This document shows positions 33,057 through 43,423 of a stretch of 45,482 nucleotides of DNA, piece after piece (within the stretch, counting starts at the first letter, position 1; each line of letters opens with the position of its first letter). A program made the position numbers and the translations under genes. The notes below the pieces were generated by a model, which saw only the letters and a program-made list of their open reading frames with translations, was not told the DNA's origin and did no database searches. The DNA is from a virus (Duplodnaviria; Caudoviricetes). The DNA is taken from IMG/VR virus record IMGVR_UViG_3300017978_000301, positions 1-45,482 of that record; one strand, given 5' to 3'.

Positions 33057-34211
33057 TTAGGCCAAGTAGCGCTTCACTTGAGCGGCGGCGCGTGGTGTAG
33101 TCACCACAGAACCAGTAGTCATAGCTGCCAAGACAGCCACACCTGCTGGGTTACGCACGATCAAAGTACCTTCCATGATGTACTGATCCAAGCTAGCGTC
33201 AGCGTTCGAGAACACTTCGTTGTTTGGACCCAGTTCACGCAAGCTACCCCACTGCACAACGTCAGGGTTCAAGAACAGGATAGAGGTGTTGTCAGAACCA
33301 GTTTGGTCCATCACCCAGCTGTCATCGATCTGGTATGTGTAGTTGAAGTCACCTTCGTAAGTACCAATCGTGTCGCCCTTGTCAGCAGGGTTAAAACGGT
33401 TGATCGAACGGCTCTGAGGGATGTTGTCAGAGATGGTGGTACGCAACGATGTTGGGACAACCATGTTGGTGATCTTGGCATTGAAGCGTTGTTCAGCAAC
33501 AGTAACCAACTGCTTGTACAGCACAGGGCTGAAAGCTTGCAAAGTCACGCCAGAGCTGAAAGTGAAGTAGCCCAAACCTGCGTTAGCCAACGAACCGTTG
33601 AATGGTGTGTTGGTTGCCACAGCAGAAGTGGTGTCATCGCTATCAGAAGCAGCCAAGTTCAACACAGAAGTGCCGTCAGTGTCGTTGCCCGAACGTGTGC
33701 CAGCGAAGGCAAACAAAGAGCCAAAACGGCGACCATCGTTAGGTGTAGAACCTTGAGTAGCAGCTTGACCGCTGTACTTGATAGAAGCACCGTCTGCGCG
33801 GAGCATTTGCAGCTCAACGTCAAACATGATTTCAGTCAATTGCTTGACTTCTTGGTAGGCTTGTGGATCGCCACCAGCTTGTTCAACAGCGCGAGCAGTG
33901 CCAGTAGCGCCGATCACAGTGGTGAAAATCTGAGTGTAGTTACCCAAGTTAGAACGGGTGTTAGAGGCGGCTGCACCAGCGGTAACAGAAGCGCCTTCCA
34001 ACTTTGCGTTCAAAGCGGGGGTACGGAAATAGTCGTTAGGCCAAATGTGCAGAGTCGAATTGATCTTGCGCTTTTTGGACATAGCCATGTTAGTGACGGG
34101 TGTACGGTCTTTAACGTAGTTAGAGACTGTCAAGTCGAGGTCTTTGACCACGATGTCGGTGGTGTACGAACCGTTACCGTTGCCGAGTGCGGCGGAAGTG
34201 ATAGTTGCCAT
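33057..34211 (-). CDS. Major capsid protein (DUF5309/SU10-like)
   Basis: NAKLEG, NYTQIF, EGTLIVRNP; follows scaffold; terminator downstream. Confidence 0.85.
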   Translation of the reverse strand: MATITSAALGNGNGSYTTDIVVKDLDLTVSNYVKDRTPVTNMAMSKKRKINSTLHIWPNDYFRTPALNAKLEGASVTAGAAASNTRSNLGNYTQIFTTVIGATGTARAVEQAGGDPQAYQEVKQLTEIMFDVELQMLRADGASIKYSGQAATQGSTPNDGRRFGSLFAFAGTRSGNDTDGTSVLNLAASDSDDTTSAVATNTPFNGSLANAGLGYFTFSSGVTLQAFSPVLYKQLVTVAEQRFNAKITNMVVPTSLRTTISDNIPQSRSINRFNPADKGDTIGTYEGDFNYTYQIDDSWVMDQTGSDNTSILFLNPDVVQWGSLRELGPNNEVFSNADASLDQYIMEGTLIVRNPAGVAVLAAMTTGSVVTTPRAAAQVKRYLA

Positions 34212-34230
34212 TTTTAAGCTCCTGAGTTAA

Positions 34231-35349
34231 TTAACGAGGTCGGCGTTTTTGAGTCGCCAGAAATGATGCCAAAAGATCGCGTGTAGCGCTTTTATCGCCT
34301 GTCGCAGCTTTCTTTTGAAGTTCTTCAGCCTTCGTATCTTGAGAAGTCTTGGCTTTTGCTTTAGGCTGATTGGCTGCTGCCAAAGAACCACCTGCATTAC
34401 GCACTTTCGGACCCTCACGAAACTTCATACCGTCACGGATGAGGCTCAATAGGTATTCATCACTGGTCACCAAATCGAGGTTTGGTACACCGGGTACAAA
34501 TGACCCATTAGCGCCTTTCCAATCCTTCGACAACTTTTCCCGTAAATCAGTAAAGGTTGCCTTGTTAGCCAGTTCCTTGTCAGAGAATCCCTGACGAGCT
34601 TTCTCAAGTTGCTCTTGCACGAATGCCGAGCGGTGTTGATAGAACTGTTCAACTTTCGGACGGTTGGTAGTAATGAAATCGCTCTTTTCTTGGATCAACT
34701 TAGCGTTCTGGCGGATAGCCGCTTCAGCTTCACTGCGTTGGACCTCGTCTGTAGCTGCATCTCTGATCTGCGTCCATTGCTGGTTGTATTGCTGAAGAGT
34801 GATTAGCTCATCTGCATACTCTTGGAGTTTGGGCTGAATCGTCAGCTCTAGTCCAATCTGCAAACCATCGAGTTCTTTCCTACGATTGGCTTCATATTCT
34901 TCAAAATCAGCACGTTCGGTTTTAAGCTTACGCGCATTTTCATGGATAGCACTACCTTGACCAAGAATAGCCGCCGCCTTTGATACTGGGATTTCCACAA
35001 AGCCGCCTTCTGCGTCTTTATTAGGAATGCGCCACAGCATGTCAGGGTTCTGCTCTGCAAACTCCAAGAAATTAACAGGTTCGGTTACACCATCGGTGGC
35101 CTCTTCCTCATTCTCAGCTTCTACAGTTTCTGTAGTCTCAATTGAACTATCTTCAGGTTCGGCTTCCTCATCAGGAGCCGCCTCCGGGGCTTCAGCTTGC
35201 GCTTCTGCTTGTCCGGCTGGTGGAGCTGTGCTATCGGCTTGCGGGACGTTACGTCTATTGACGGCAATCATCGCTGCGATAGCATCGGCGGGGTTCACTG
35301 CACCAGTTTGCTCAGTGGCGGTCACATTGTTTGTGATTACGTCTGACAT
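34231..35349 (-). CDS. Scaffolding protein
   Basis: Acidic N-terminus, coiled coil, position before MCP. Confidence 0.75.
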   Translation of the reverse strand: MSDVITNNVTATEQTGAVNPADAIAAMIAVNRRNVPQADSTAPPAGQAEAQAEAPEAAPDEEAEPEDSSIETTETVEAENEEEATDGVTEPVNFLEFAEQNPDMLWRIPNKDAEGGFVEIPVSKAAAILGQGSAIHENARKLKTERADFEEYEANRRKELDGLQIGLELTIQPKLQEYADELITLQQYNQQWTQIRDAATDEVQRSEAEAAIRQNAKLIQEKSDFITTNRPKVEQFYQHRSAFVQEQLEKARQGFSDKELANKATFTDLREKLSKDWKGANGSFVPGVPNLDLVTSDEYLLSLIRDGMKFREGPKVRNAGGSLAAANQPKAKAKTSQDTKAEELQKKAATGDKSATRDLLASFLATQKRRPR

Positions 35350-35352
35350 ATA

Positions 35353-35688
35353 TTACACCATTTCGTTAAGTTTGGATTTCTCCAGTTTCTTAGCGAGATA
35401 TTCACTCTTCTCCACGAAGCCAATGAAATCACGCACCCCAGCAACATAATATGCGTTGCCAATTCTTTCGGAATCATCCTTGGAGTCTTCCAAGCGTTCC
35501 AACATGTAGAACCTATACAGGTTAAACATCAATGCAAAATCTTCGTTACGGAGCAAGCGGCTGGCGCATTCCCCGTTTTGAAGCACTAGAGTTTGTCGAT
35601 TTACATGAGCCTCCTTAAATGCGTCTGTCGCTTTTGTCCTCTTGTTAAAGTATTCCCGAATATTCTTTACCAAGCTTTTCATTTTCAA
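35353..35688 (-). CDS. Hypothetical protein between portal and scaffold
   Basis: Packed ORF. Confidence 0.7.
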   Translation of the reverse strand: MKMKSLVKNIREYFNKRTKATDAFKEAHVNRQTLVLQNGECASRLLRNEDFALMFNLYRFYMLERLEDSKDDSERIGNAYYVAGVRDFIGFVEKSEYLAKKLEKSKLNEMV

Positions 35689-35691
35689 TCC

Positions 35692-37863
35692 TTAATCAAT
35701 TTGCACCGCAGAAAGTTTACCTGCTTTCATTGCTTTCATCTCAAAGAAGTTGTCCATGTCGATGTCTTCAGCTTTCTTCATGTTCAAAGCTGCCACAGTC
35801 TGGGATTCTTGAGTTTTAGCGTTATTCAGGTTAACTTTGGATTGAACTTCTTGCTCTGCCACGCCCGGACCTTGCTGAGACTTGGCTTCAAGCATCTTTG
35901 CGGCCTCCTCCAACGTGGGGAGATAAGAATCGCAATGCTTAACACCCAAAGCATATAAGGTGTCTTCAAATGGACGGCGAGCCTTGATGAACATCTCTGG
36001 AACGCTTGGGTCCAACTGCATGACAATCGCTGCAAAGCCTTGTTGGGCTTGCATGATGAGCTGTTGGCGTGTCAAACGGTTCTCGTCAGACATAAAGCCA
36101 AGAGCCAAGTCCACGTTGATCATGTTGCGGTCAATGAAATCGAAGTTTTCCATTGATTTGGCATCCAAGAAGCCAGCGCCGGGCAACATGGCCTCAGCCA
36201 ACTGCTGGATGTTGTAGTCATCAGCGTACTGGATCATGGTTTTCCACACAATGTAGATCATGTCGCGCACACCGATGGCACAGTTCTTGACCATCTCGTC
36301 TTGAATGAGTTGGTTTGGACCCATAGCCAATTGCAGCTTGTAGCCACTGTTGCCATCTTTCATGACTTCAGGGTTCAAGGTGTCGGCAGGGTTTGTCATA
36401 CCCAGCATACGGCTTGTATCTGCGTCAAAACGCTCCATAGCGTCCTGAACGTAGGCGAGGTTACCTTGCTGTGGTTGAAACTCGTAAACGTGCTTGGCGG
36501 GGTCGAATTTACGATCCAGAATAAACATGGCAGACACGCCGCGTTGGATTTCTTCAGCATCCACAAACTCAGGATTGACACCAATCTGAGCTGTAGACGA
36601 GCGCATCGCAAATGCAATCTCAGCACGGTTGATAGCGGTCTTGTATTCCTGCAAAGGAACCAGACGCTCGGCTTGAGAGTAACCAAAGTGGTTGCCAACG
36701 ATTGGTTTTGGCACGATAACAGCCAACGGGATGAAATCAACTTCTTTGACGTACAGGATGTAGCCGCCAGAGTAGCAAACCTCAATGATTTCCTCTTCAC
36801 CGTCATTGTCTACGTCTTTACGCAGCCAAGCGGTAGTGATCATCACAACGCGACTATAACGATCAGCACCTGCACTAGCAATAACACCCTGTCCGGGTAC
36901 GGGAGTGGAATCTCGCGCATGAAGGGCAAGATCATTCTCCAAAGCACCAGCTTGATAAGCACCAGCAGGACCGTAAGCAGCATGATCAGCGAATTTCTCT
37001 AAGTCGATGTATGGATACTGAGTCTTAGCCTCATGAATGGTCATGGGGTCATAGAAACCGCAAAAGTCTTGGTTACGGATGCCGGGGATCGTTGGATTAC
37101 AGACAAAGTAATGTTGGGCAACGTGCTTGATCTGGATGTTGGTTGAATAACCCGTCATCTTGTACTTGGCACGGTAAATGGTGTTTGCTTTGATAGCGTC
37201 TGCCACTTCTTCGCTAGATGGCTCAGTAGGCATACCTGATTCATCAGGCATCATGGTTTCTTGGGCCACGCCTTCAAGGTCAACGTCAATACGGCGCATT
37301 TGCTGGCGTTTGGCAATCAAACCCTTTTCAGCAGCCATGATTTCAAAAGAACGCAGTTGGTCTTTTGTGCCTTCGACTTCTTTGTACTGAGTGATCTTGT
37401 CGCGGATGGGTTTAATCATCACAACGCCGTTTTTGTGCAACAAAGCGTCTTGAGTCCAATCGCGGATCACAGCGTAAGAGTCATTCTTGCTGTTGATGAA
37501 GTGCAAAGCCATTTTGGCGGCTTGTTGAGCGCCAGCAGCGTCTGCTTCACTGAATCGTTCAAACTCAAAGTTTAGTTTGCCGTTGGGCATCAAACATTTG
37601 GTTATAACGGCAGTGGAATAGTCGATGCCGGGGCTGACAACAGGGGAAATGTAGTCAATACCGCGAACAGGTTCTGTAGAGTTAGAAACAGCAATGTTGA
37701 GGTAGTGGTAGTCGCTCAGTCGGTTGAGCGTGTTCTTCGCTTGAGTCAAACGAAGGTAATCGACCATCTTGAGATACGCTTCGTGCGCTACTTGATACTC
37801 GATACCTTTGTTAGCGGGAGGACTTTCCAAGCCATCTACAACAATATTTTGTTTATCTAACAT
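35692..37863 (-). CDS. Portal protein (P22-like)
   Basis: 723 aa; DALLHKNGVV, DVDNDGEEE, VDLALG; follows TerL. Confidence 0.85.
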   Translation of the reverse strand: MLDKQNIVVDGLESPPANKGIEYQVAHEAYLKMVDYLRLTQAKNTLNRLSDYHYLNIAVSNSTEPVRGIDYISPVVSPGIDYSTAVITKCLMPNGKLNFEFERFSEADAAGAQQAAKMALHFINSKNDSYAVIRDWTQDALLHKNGVVMIKPIRDKITQYKEVEGTKDQLRSFEIMAAEKGLIAKRQQMRRIDVDLEGVAQETMMPDESGMPTEPSSEEVADAIKANTIYRAKYKMTGYSTNIQIKHVAQHYFVCNPTIPGIRNQDFCGFYDPMTIHEAKTQYPYIDLEKFADHAAYGPAGAYQAGALENDLALHARDSTPVPGQGVIASAGADRYSRVVMITTAWLRKDVDNDGEEEIIEVCYSGGYILYVKEVDFIPLAVIVPKPIVGNHFGYSQAERLVPLQEYKTAINRAEIAFAMRSSTAQIGVNPEFVDAEEIQRGVSAMFILDRKFDPAKHVYEFQPQQGNLAYVQDAMERFDADTSRMLGMTNPADTLNPEVMKDGNSGYKLQLAMGPNQLIQDEMVKNCAIGVRDMIYIVWKTMIQYADDYNIQQLAEAMLPGAGFLDAKSMENFDFIDRNMINVDLALGFMSDENRLTRQQLIMQAQQGFAAIVMQLDPSVPEMFIKARRPFEDTLYALGVKHCDSYLPTLEEAAKMLEAKSQQGPGVAEQEVQSKVNLNNAKTQESQTVAALNMKKAEDIDMDNFFEMKAMKAGKLSAVQID

Positions 37864-37864
37864 G

Positions 37865-39457
37865 TCAAATCCTTTGGACCTTTCCCTCTAGGGGAGTAAA
37901 CCGTTTCGCGGCAAATGTATTAGCACGGCTAACAACTGATTCACCATGACCTTGGATCAATGCAAGGATTCCTATCCGTGCGCTATCAATGTGGTCATCT
38001 TTACCCGTGAATTTACCATGATCATCAATGGCATAGTTGCGAGCTTCGTCAAGAAACGCTTTACAGCTCTCGTTAATCAAGAACGTACCGCGCTCCATAC
38101 TTAGACGCATTATATTGATTCCGTAGGCAATGTGGTTTGTTACCTTGCCTTGGTCATTTGGCGGGTTAAGGATTGCGCCCTGAATGCAGTTAAGACCGTA
38201 CGAGTCTTCGAATACTTCCCGAACAGATTGTTCTGTGAGTGTGTAACGACCCGCTGTACCACCATCATGAGGAAGGGCGATTGGAACGCCTTTCGATTCT
38301 TTATCAAGCAGATAATGAACATATTCGTCAGGAGTCTCGCCATTTGGGATGGTGATTTGCCTGTGGAGGTAGATGACCTCTTGCACCGGGTCACGGAACA
38401 AGAAGGAGATAACTGTCGGGTCATTTTTGATTCCCAAGTCAAAGCTAATCAGGCGTTCAAACTTCTCTTCTTTACGAAGGTCAATGTCCACAGCCTTGTA
38501 GATAGGCCATTCCAGCAATGGAAACACCACGCCTTTGCCAACCATAGGAATACCGTTGATACGGCACTCACGTTCCCAAGGCATAAAGTCTCGACTGAGC
38601 TGTTCACGTTCTTCTTTGGAGAAAAACGGCTCACCCCATTCGTTTTCGTATGGAATGTCATCCCAAGTCACCCGCACATGCGAGTAGCCTTCAATTTGAT
38701 CCCAAAACTTACGCACCAGACCTGACAAACCCTTTAGCGGGGTGAACGAGCAGATAACCTGTCCGTTTCGAGCTGCTGTACGTACAACAAGTTCTGAAAA
38801 AGTTTCATCTGGTGGCTGTTCATCAAGCACAACCAAGTCAAGCTCGAAACCTTGGAGGTGGCGAACCTGTTGTGTGTAGTTGGAGAAATAAAGCTTGGAC
38901 TTTCCACCACTAACGTGCCAGATTTCGATTGAGAGGACGTTGGCTCCATCGGATCGGTAGGACTTGTCATCAATACACTCCCTTGGGATTGAACCTGTGC
39001 CAAGTTTATACGTTTGCTTGATGTCATCGCAGCCAAGAAGCTTTGATTGCAAAGTCTTAGCCACCTGCTCCCAAGATTCACCAGCAGCCATAGCCACAAT
39101 AGGTTTATCCCAAGTCTTACCCTTCCAATCAGGAGGATAGCGACCTGTCAGGTGATAGGCAGTCTCATAGGTAGACGCAATGGTCTTACCAGCACGGTTG
39201 GCAGCAATCATGCCCCTACGAGCAAAGTGAGCGCCTGTCTCAAAGAATTTCTTTTGGTACTCAAAGGGTCGGAACCATTTGAGCTGATTGAATTGCATCT
39301 CATGGGCCAACTTGACCCGTGCAACCATCATCTTCTTTTTCTGTTCATCAGAAAGAGCGTTGGCGGCTTTTTTACCCCCTGCCAGTTTGACAAGGTACTT
39401 TAAAGCTCGGTCTTTGTAGATTGGCTGGATGTAATCACTAGCTTCACTTTTTGCCAT
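37865..39457 (-). CDS. terL: Terminase large subunit
   Basis: AANRAGKT Walker A, LVVLDEQP Walker B, SFTPLKG, FDLG..DPT, DDHIDSAR. Confidence 0.95.
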   Translation of the reverse strand: MAKSEASDYIQPIYKDRALKYLVKLAGGKKAANALSDEQKKKMMVARVKLAHEMQFNQLKWFRPFEYQKKFFETGAHFARRGMIAANRAGKTIASTYETAYHLTGRYPPDWKGKTWDKPIVAMAAGESWEQVAKTLQSKLLGCDDIKQTYKLGTGSIPRECIDDKSYRSDGANVLSIEIWHVSGGKSKLYFSNYTQQVRHLQGFELDLVVLDEQPPDETFSELVVRTAARNGQVICSFTPLKGLSGLVRKFWDQIEGYSHVRVTWDDIPYENEWGEPFFSKEEREQLSRDFMPWERECRINGIPMVGKGVVFPLLEWPIYKAVDIDLRKEEKFERLISFDLGIKNDPTVISFLFRDPVQEVIYLHRQITIPNGETPDEYVHYLLDKESKGVPIALPHDGGTAGRYTLTEQSVREVFEDSYGLNCIQGAILNPPNDQGKVTNHIAYGINIMRLSMERGTFLINESCKAFLDEARNYAIDDHGKFTGKDDHIDSARIGILALIQGHGESVVSRANTFAAKRFTPLEGKVQRI

Positions 39458-39632
39458 ATTGATCTCGTATGTTTAACAAGATATGTGCAGCTTGTGCAAG
39501 GTAGTAGACCTCATCAGGCTGAAGCTTTTGCTCACTTTGAAGGTCTTTTTGTAACCACTCAAGGCTTTTACGAGCGCAAACTTCTGCCTGACCAGACAAC
39601 CTCTGCCGAAAGATAGCAGAGAAGTCTTCCAT
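39444..39632 (-). CDS. Hypothetical protein
   Basis: Packed ORF. Confidence 0.6.
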   Translation of the reverse strand: MEDFSAIFRQRLSGQAEVCARKSLEWLQKDLQSEQKLQPDEVYYLAQAAHILLNIRDQYGKK

Positions 39633-40274
39633 TTAAGCCCAAGGATCAGAAATGTTTTTAGCAGTAGCGCGAACCATGTCTTTGTCGATCAAAGGCCAGA
39701 TGCCGCCGCCCTTGTCACCAATGAGGTAGGTGTACAAACCTTGACCACGTTGTGTGTACGTGCCATCAGGGTTACGCATAACCAGCTCTTCAGTGCGAGG
39801 ATCAATCCAAGAAAAACGCTCAGGCACTTCTTGACCATACTTGTTGATCTTTGTGCCGACAGCGATTTGCTCCAATGGACCCATCACTTGATATGTGATC
39901 AGACCATTGTTGTACTTCTTGAAGTTGATGCCCACTTTCTTGTCAGACTGAGGGTCCAACGGGTGAGGCATGTTGGTAGCACCAAAGAAGTGAACCAAGG
40001 CATCTTCAGGAGGCAGGTCTTTATTGCGCTCAGGAAGCTTACGCACCTCGTCAACAGGAATCTGCTCTTTGCGGTCAACATACGGATTCTCATCCGTAAT
40101 GTATTCAGCAGGAACCTTCTTGCCTTCGAGGGCGTTCTTGGCGACCAAGTATTGGTCTTCTTTGGTTTTGCCAATCAGATCAAGCGAAATCTGTGTACGG
40201 TCATACACAAACTGCGCGAGTTCTTTAGCCGTGGGTAAGTCGGCCTTGAGGGCCTCAATGTCATACGTTGCCAT
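39633..40274 (-). CDS. Hypothetical protein
   Basis: AAGGA SD; 213 aa. Confidence 0.75.
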   Translation of the reverse strand: MATYDIEALKADLPTAKELAQFVYDRTQISLDLIGKTKEDQYLVAKNALEGKKVPAEYITDENPYVDRKEQIPVDEVRKLPERNKDLPPEDALVHFFGATNMPHPLDPQSDKKVGINFKKYNNGLITYQVMGPLEQIAVGTKINKYGQEVPERFSWIDPRTEELVMRNPDGTYTQRGQGLYTYLIGDKGGGIWPLIDKDMVRATAKNISDPWA

Positions 40275-40283
40275 ATCTATCCT

Positions 40284-40508
40284 TTAGACTTTAGGTTGGG
40301 GTTTCACTTTTTGAAACTTGCCACCGTTCACGTTGTTCGTGGTTTGGTCAGACAAGTGAGTGACTTTAAACGCATTGTTCACAGCAGTGGCAATCTTTGC
40401 CGCATGACTATGACCAGATGCAAAAGAGGCGAGTTTGTCGTTGATGCCTTTAGAGACACCCTTAGACATTTTTGCGCCGCCAGAGATTACTTTTCCGTAT
40501 CCAGACAT
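40284..40508 (-). CDS. Small basic protein
   Basis: GAGG SD; Lys/Gly/Ser-rich. Confidence 0.6.
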   Translation of the reverse strand: MSGYGKVISGGAKMSKGVSKGINDKLASFASGHSHAAKIATAVNNAFKVTHLSDQTTNNVNGGKFQKVKPQPKV

Positions 40509-40515
40509 ATTGGCC

Positions 40516-40797
40516 TCACTTCAAGTAAGAAGAGTTTTTCAAGTAACCAGTGTTGGTTGACTTGGTGTCATAGCAGCAAGGCGTAGACACTTGAACTTTT
40601 TGGTTGCGACCATTTACCTTACCGCCAGCAGCAGGAGCGCCAACGTGACCAGCAGCGTAAGCCGTAGAGCCTTGAGGACGGGTAACAGCAGTAGCGCCGC
40701 CGCCTTTTTTGGCTGTGTCTTTAGAGATGTTGCCTTTGCGGTTGGGCGCTTGGGCCATAAGGGTAGGGGCATTGTTGCCAGAGGTATATCCACTCAT
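40516..40797 (-). CDS. Small basic protein
   Basis: AAGG SD; Gly/Ala/Lys-rich. Confidence 0.6.
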   Translation of the reverse strand: MSGYTSGNNAPTLMAQAPNRKGNISKDTAKKGGGATAVTRPQGSTAYAAGHVGAPAAGGKVNGRNQKVQVSTPCCYDTKSTNTGYLKNSSYLK

Positions 40798-40828
40798 TTG
40801 GAACCTTTCATGTTTGGTTAGCCAATTA

Positions 40829-41317
40829 TCACACTTTTCGCAAAGAGTCTAAAAAGTCATCCATAGCACCCTCAGCCGAGACATCTTCATCCTTGTTCAC
40901 GTTCTGAATGTGTTCAATAGAGATGATAGGCGCACGGGAAGATTCAAAAGCAGCCAGCTTGTCAGCAATCCTAGCTTTTTCTTTGATGTCTAGCTCGTCA
41001 GAGTTCATAGCCATGATGAGGGTTTCCATAGCTGAGGTCAAAGGACCAAAGCCATTAGCCATAGCCTCTTCGTTGAGCTTGTTAAACGTAGCGCCGTACT
41101 CAGTGACTTTGTTGATGATGGACTTAGGCCGACCAGCGGTGTTACGGTTGGCAGGGTCTGAGAAGCCGCCAGAACGAGGTTCACGGGGAAGCTTGTCGCC
41201 AGTAGCCAGTTTCATGGCTTTCTTCTCTGCACGTTTGGCAGCAGCGTATTCACGGGCCTTGCGTTTAGCCTCATCGGAAGAAACGTGGGAGCCTTCGTCC
41301 CTTATTTTGTCAAACAT
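40829..41317 (-). CDS. terS: Probable terminase small subunit
   Basis: NTAGRPK motif, helical core, upstream of TerL. Confidence 0.6.
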   Translation of the reverse strand: MFDKIRDEGSHVSSDEAKRKAREYAAAKRAEKKAMKLATGDKLPREPRSGGFSDPANRNTAGRPKSIINKVTEYGATFNKLNEEAMANGFGPLTSAMETLIMAMNSDELDIKEKARIADKLAAFESSRAPIISIEHIQNVNKDEDVSAEGAMDDFLDSLRKV

Positions 41318-41850
41318 TTCATAGCCTCTTCAGTACGAATCCAAGCGTAGGAGCCATTGACAGTGAACCCACGCTTCTTGTGAATCTTCATAAACCCATC
41401 GTGGTCAGCACGGATGGATGTTGAGCAAACAACGGGAACGCCCCAAGTATGCGCCCAGAGTATATGTTGGTCAATCATCTCGTTGAGCATACGCACACGG
41501 GTACGTACAGGCAAGCTTAGGTCCATGTGGTGGAACTTGGCGTTGCTGATCTCTTCGTTGGAATAGGTTGTATAACCACCACGGTCAAACCAGCAAAAGC
41601 CAAGTAGTGGGTAAGGAACAACTATTTCCCCATGTTCGTCCATGTAAGCTACTTGAGACATATCTCGGCACACAGCAATGAACTCACGGGACTTATTGAA
41701 CAGTTGTTCAGTGGTCGCAACAGTAACCCTGTGTCGGAACACCTTGCGGTCCCTTTTTAAGATGCCATCAGCCTCATGACCAAAGAAGCTATCCGCCATC
41801 TCAACAATGTCCTCTACGTCATGCAGAGGATGAGCCAATGACCATTCCAT
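41302..41850 (-). CDS. GNAT-fold acetyltransferase-like protein
   Basis: D...I.EM, LLGFCW, WAHTWG..V, F..IHKKRGF pattern. Confidence 0.5.
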   Translation of the reverse strand: MEWSLAHPLHDVEDIVEMADSFFGHEADGILKRDRKVFRHRVTVATTEQLFNKSREFIAVCRDMSQVAYMDEHGEIVVPYPLLGFCWFDRGGYTTYSNEEISNAKFHHMDLSLPVRTRVRMLNEMIDQHILWAHTWGVPVVCSTSIRADHDGFMKIHKKRGFTVNGSYAWIRTEEAMKCLTK

Positions 41851-41851
41851 A

Positions 41852-42217
41852 CTATGCCTCCTCGTATGTCAAAGCAAAGATGTCAGGCTTGCAAGGGTAG
41901 TGTTCACCTTTTACCCCCGTAATGATGAAGTCGCCCGGGCAGACGATGTGCCCACCCTCCAGCGTGTCCACCCATCCGTGGTTGTGCATGATGTCGCCGC
42001 AGTGTTTGCAAGGGGCCTGGCCATCCAGTTCTGGTGTTCTGTATCGGCGCACGACATCACCCTCCCAATCATTGCGCTTGCGCTCTTCAGGAGAGAACGG
42101 ACGCAGCACACCCTTCTCATACCCATGATGGGTTTTGCTGTAATCCATTGGATGATCACCATTCTTGAACCACTGAGTAGCCTCTATCACTACAGGCTTC
42201 TTTCTATACATTCCCAT
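41852..42217 (-). CDS. PGDYG-like phage protein
   Basis: YRKKPVVIEA.QW, TLEG, PGDFIITGVKGEHYPCKPDIF..TYE; start moved to MGMY after AAGGGG SD. Confidence 0.8.
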   Translation of the reverse strand: MGMYRKKPVVIEATQWFKNGDHPMDYSKTHHGYEKGVLRPFSPEERKRNDWEGDVVRRYRTPELDGQAPCKHCGDIMHNHGWVDTLEGGHIVCPGDFIITGVKGEHYPCKPDIFALTYEEA

Positions 42218-42256
42218 ACTATTCCCCTTGCGGAGCAAGCCGCGCATTTTTTTACA
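42202..42256. repeat. Exact copy of 1-55
   Basis: Direct comparison. Confidence 0.97.
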
Positions 42257-42259
42257 TTT

Positions 42260-42325
42260 AGGTACTCGCTGCACCATAAGAGTCAATAGCCATCGCCATC
42301 CTCTTTCATAGCATCCGCTTTCCCT
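42260..42325 (-). ncRNA. Candidate structured late-leader RNA (allele B)
   Basis: AGGGAAAGCGGAUGCUAU...AUGGUGCAGCGAGUACCU; compensatory pair relative to allele A. Confidence 0.55.
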
Positions 42326-42332
42326 GTAGAAG

Positions 42333-42361
42333 ATTTTAGAGGAAAAAATTTTGTATGGGAA
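42333..42361 (-). promoter_or_regulatory. Sigma70-like late-operon promoter (allele B)
   Basis: TTCCCA-17-TAAAAT. Confidence 0.45.
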
Positions 42362-42464
42362 TAGCTATGTGTAATTTATGTTGTGTGAAAGCTAAGTGGT
42401 ATAGGAATCTTTTTGGAAAAAATTTGGGAATGGGCGAGTGGGCCCTCCCCTCCCGCCCTATAGC

Positions 42465-42503
42465 GCAGTGCTACCCCCTCCCCCCTTTTGGCTGGGTGGT
42501 GCT
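42465..42503. other. Conserved C-rich boundary element (allele B)
   Basis: Identical to 434-472. Confidence 0.45.
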
Positions 42504-42890
42504 TGGTTGATCAAGGGCTTGGCTTGGTGGTGCTGGGGCTTGGTTGGTCTTGTTTAACTGACTGACTGGTCAGTAATTAAGCCTTGGGTAAGGGGACCGA
42601 TCACTTTATTGTTTTAGTCTTGGCCTTATCTTGTCCCCTTGTCTTGTCTCTTATCTATTCCCCTTACTGAAGAGCAACCAATGGCTTGGGGTTTCCTTGT
42701 TCTTATGCGGGTTTCGGGGTGGTTCTATAGTGGCAACCAATTGCTGGAAACCTTGGGCCTTGTCTTGTCTTGTCCCCTTATAGGATTGCAACCAATGGCA
42801 AAGGGTTCTTTTCTTTTCTTTTATATCTTGAATTGGCACTTTTTCAAGTTACTTATAAAAACACTGTCTAACTAATTGCACAAATAATGG

Positions 42891-42928
42891 TTGACACCCT
42901 TGCAAACGTATAAGTTAACCTATACAAT
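42891..42928 (+). promoter_or_regulatory. Sigma70 early promoter (allele B)
   Basis: TTGCAA-17-TACAAT, with an extra TTGACA at 42891; CGTATAAG-TTAA-CCTATACA near-palindrome. Confidence 0.7.
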
Positions 42929-42977
42929 CCACACACCAAACAAACCGTTTGGCATTGCAAACTAGGAATTCAATATC

Positions 42978-43307
42978 ATGCAAACGATCACACAAACCCA
43001 AACCACCGGCAACACCACCATTGCACTGACACCGGACCTTTTCGCCCTTATCGATCACGCCGGTGCGATTGATCAAGAGATAAAAGCCCTTACTAAGCAA
43101 TTAGACCAACTGAAAGACACCATAAAAGCCCAAGGTGCTGGGGACTTTGCCGGTTTCTTGTTCAAGGCCAAGGTGGTGGATATTGCCTCAAGCGATAAGG
43201 TGGATTGGCAAACCATTGCCATGCGCTTTGAACCAAGTTATCAATTAATAGCGGCCCACACTACACAAACCAAGGCAACGCAACGTATTAACTTTGCCAA
43301 GGTCTAA
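42978..43307 (+). CDS. First early protein (allele B homolog of 1006-1305)
   Basis: AGGA SD; shared motifs. Confidence 0.85.
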   Translation: MQTITQTQTTGNTTIALTPDLFALIDHAGAIDQEIKALTKQLDQLKDTIKAQGAGDFAGFLFKAKVVDIASSDKVDWQTIAMRFEPSYQLIAAHTTQTKATQRINFAKV

Positions 43308-43317
43308 GGGGTTCACT

Positions 43318-43413
43318 ATGCAAAACAAACTTTTATCTGTCTTGGGCTTTGCCTTTTCTTTTGTGGTGGCCTTGGTTTGTCTAATGGCCTATTTTGACGT
43401 TTTAACCAAGTAA
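43318..43413 (+). CDS. 31-aa hydrophobic micro-peptide MQNKLLSVLGFAFSFVVALVCLMAYFDVLTK (not in ORF track)
   Basis: TAAGGGG SD; homolog of 1316-1399. Confidence 0.75.
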   Translation: MQNKLLSVLGFAFSFVVALVCLMAYFDVLTK

Positions 43414-43423
43414 GGGGTGGACC

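Noticed and set aside
33078-34217. 379-aa + strand ORF
   Set aside because: Antisense shadow of the codon-biased major capsid gene.
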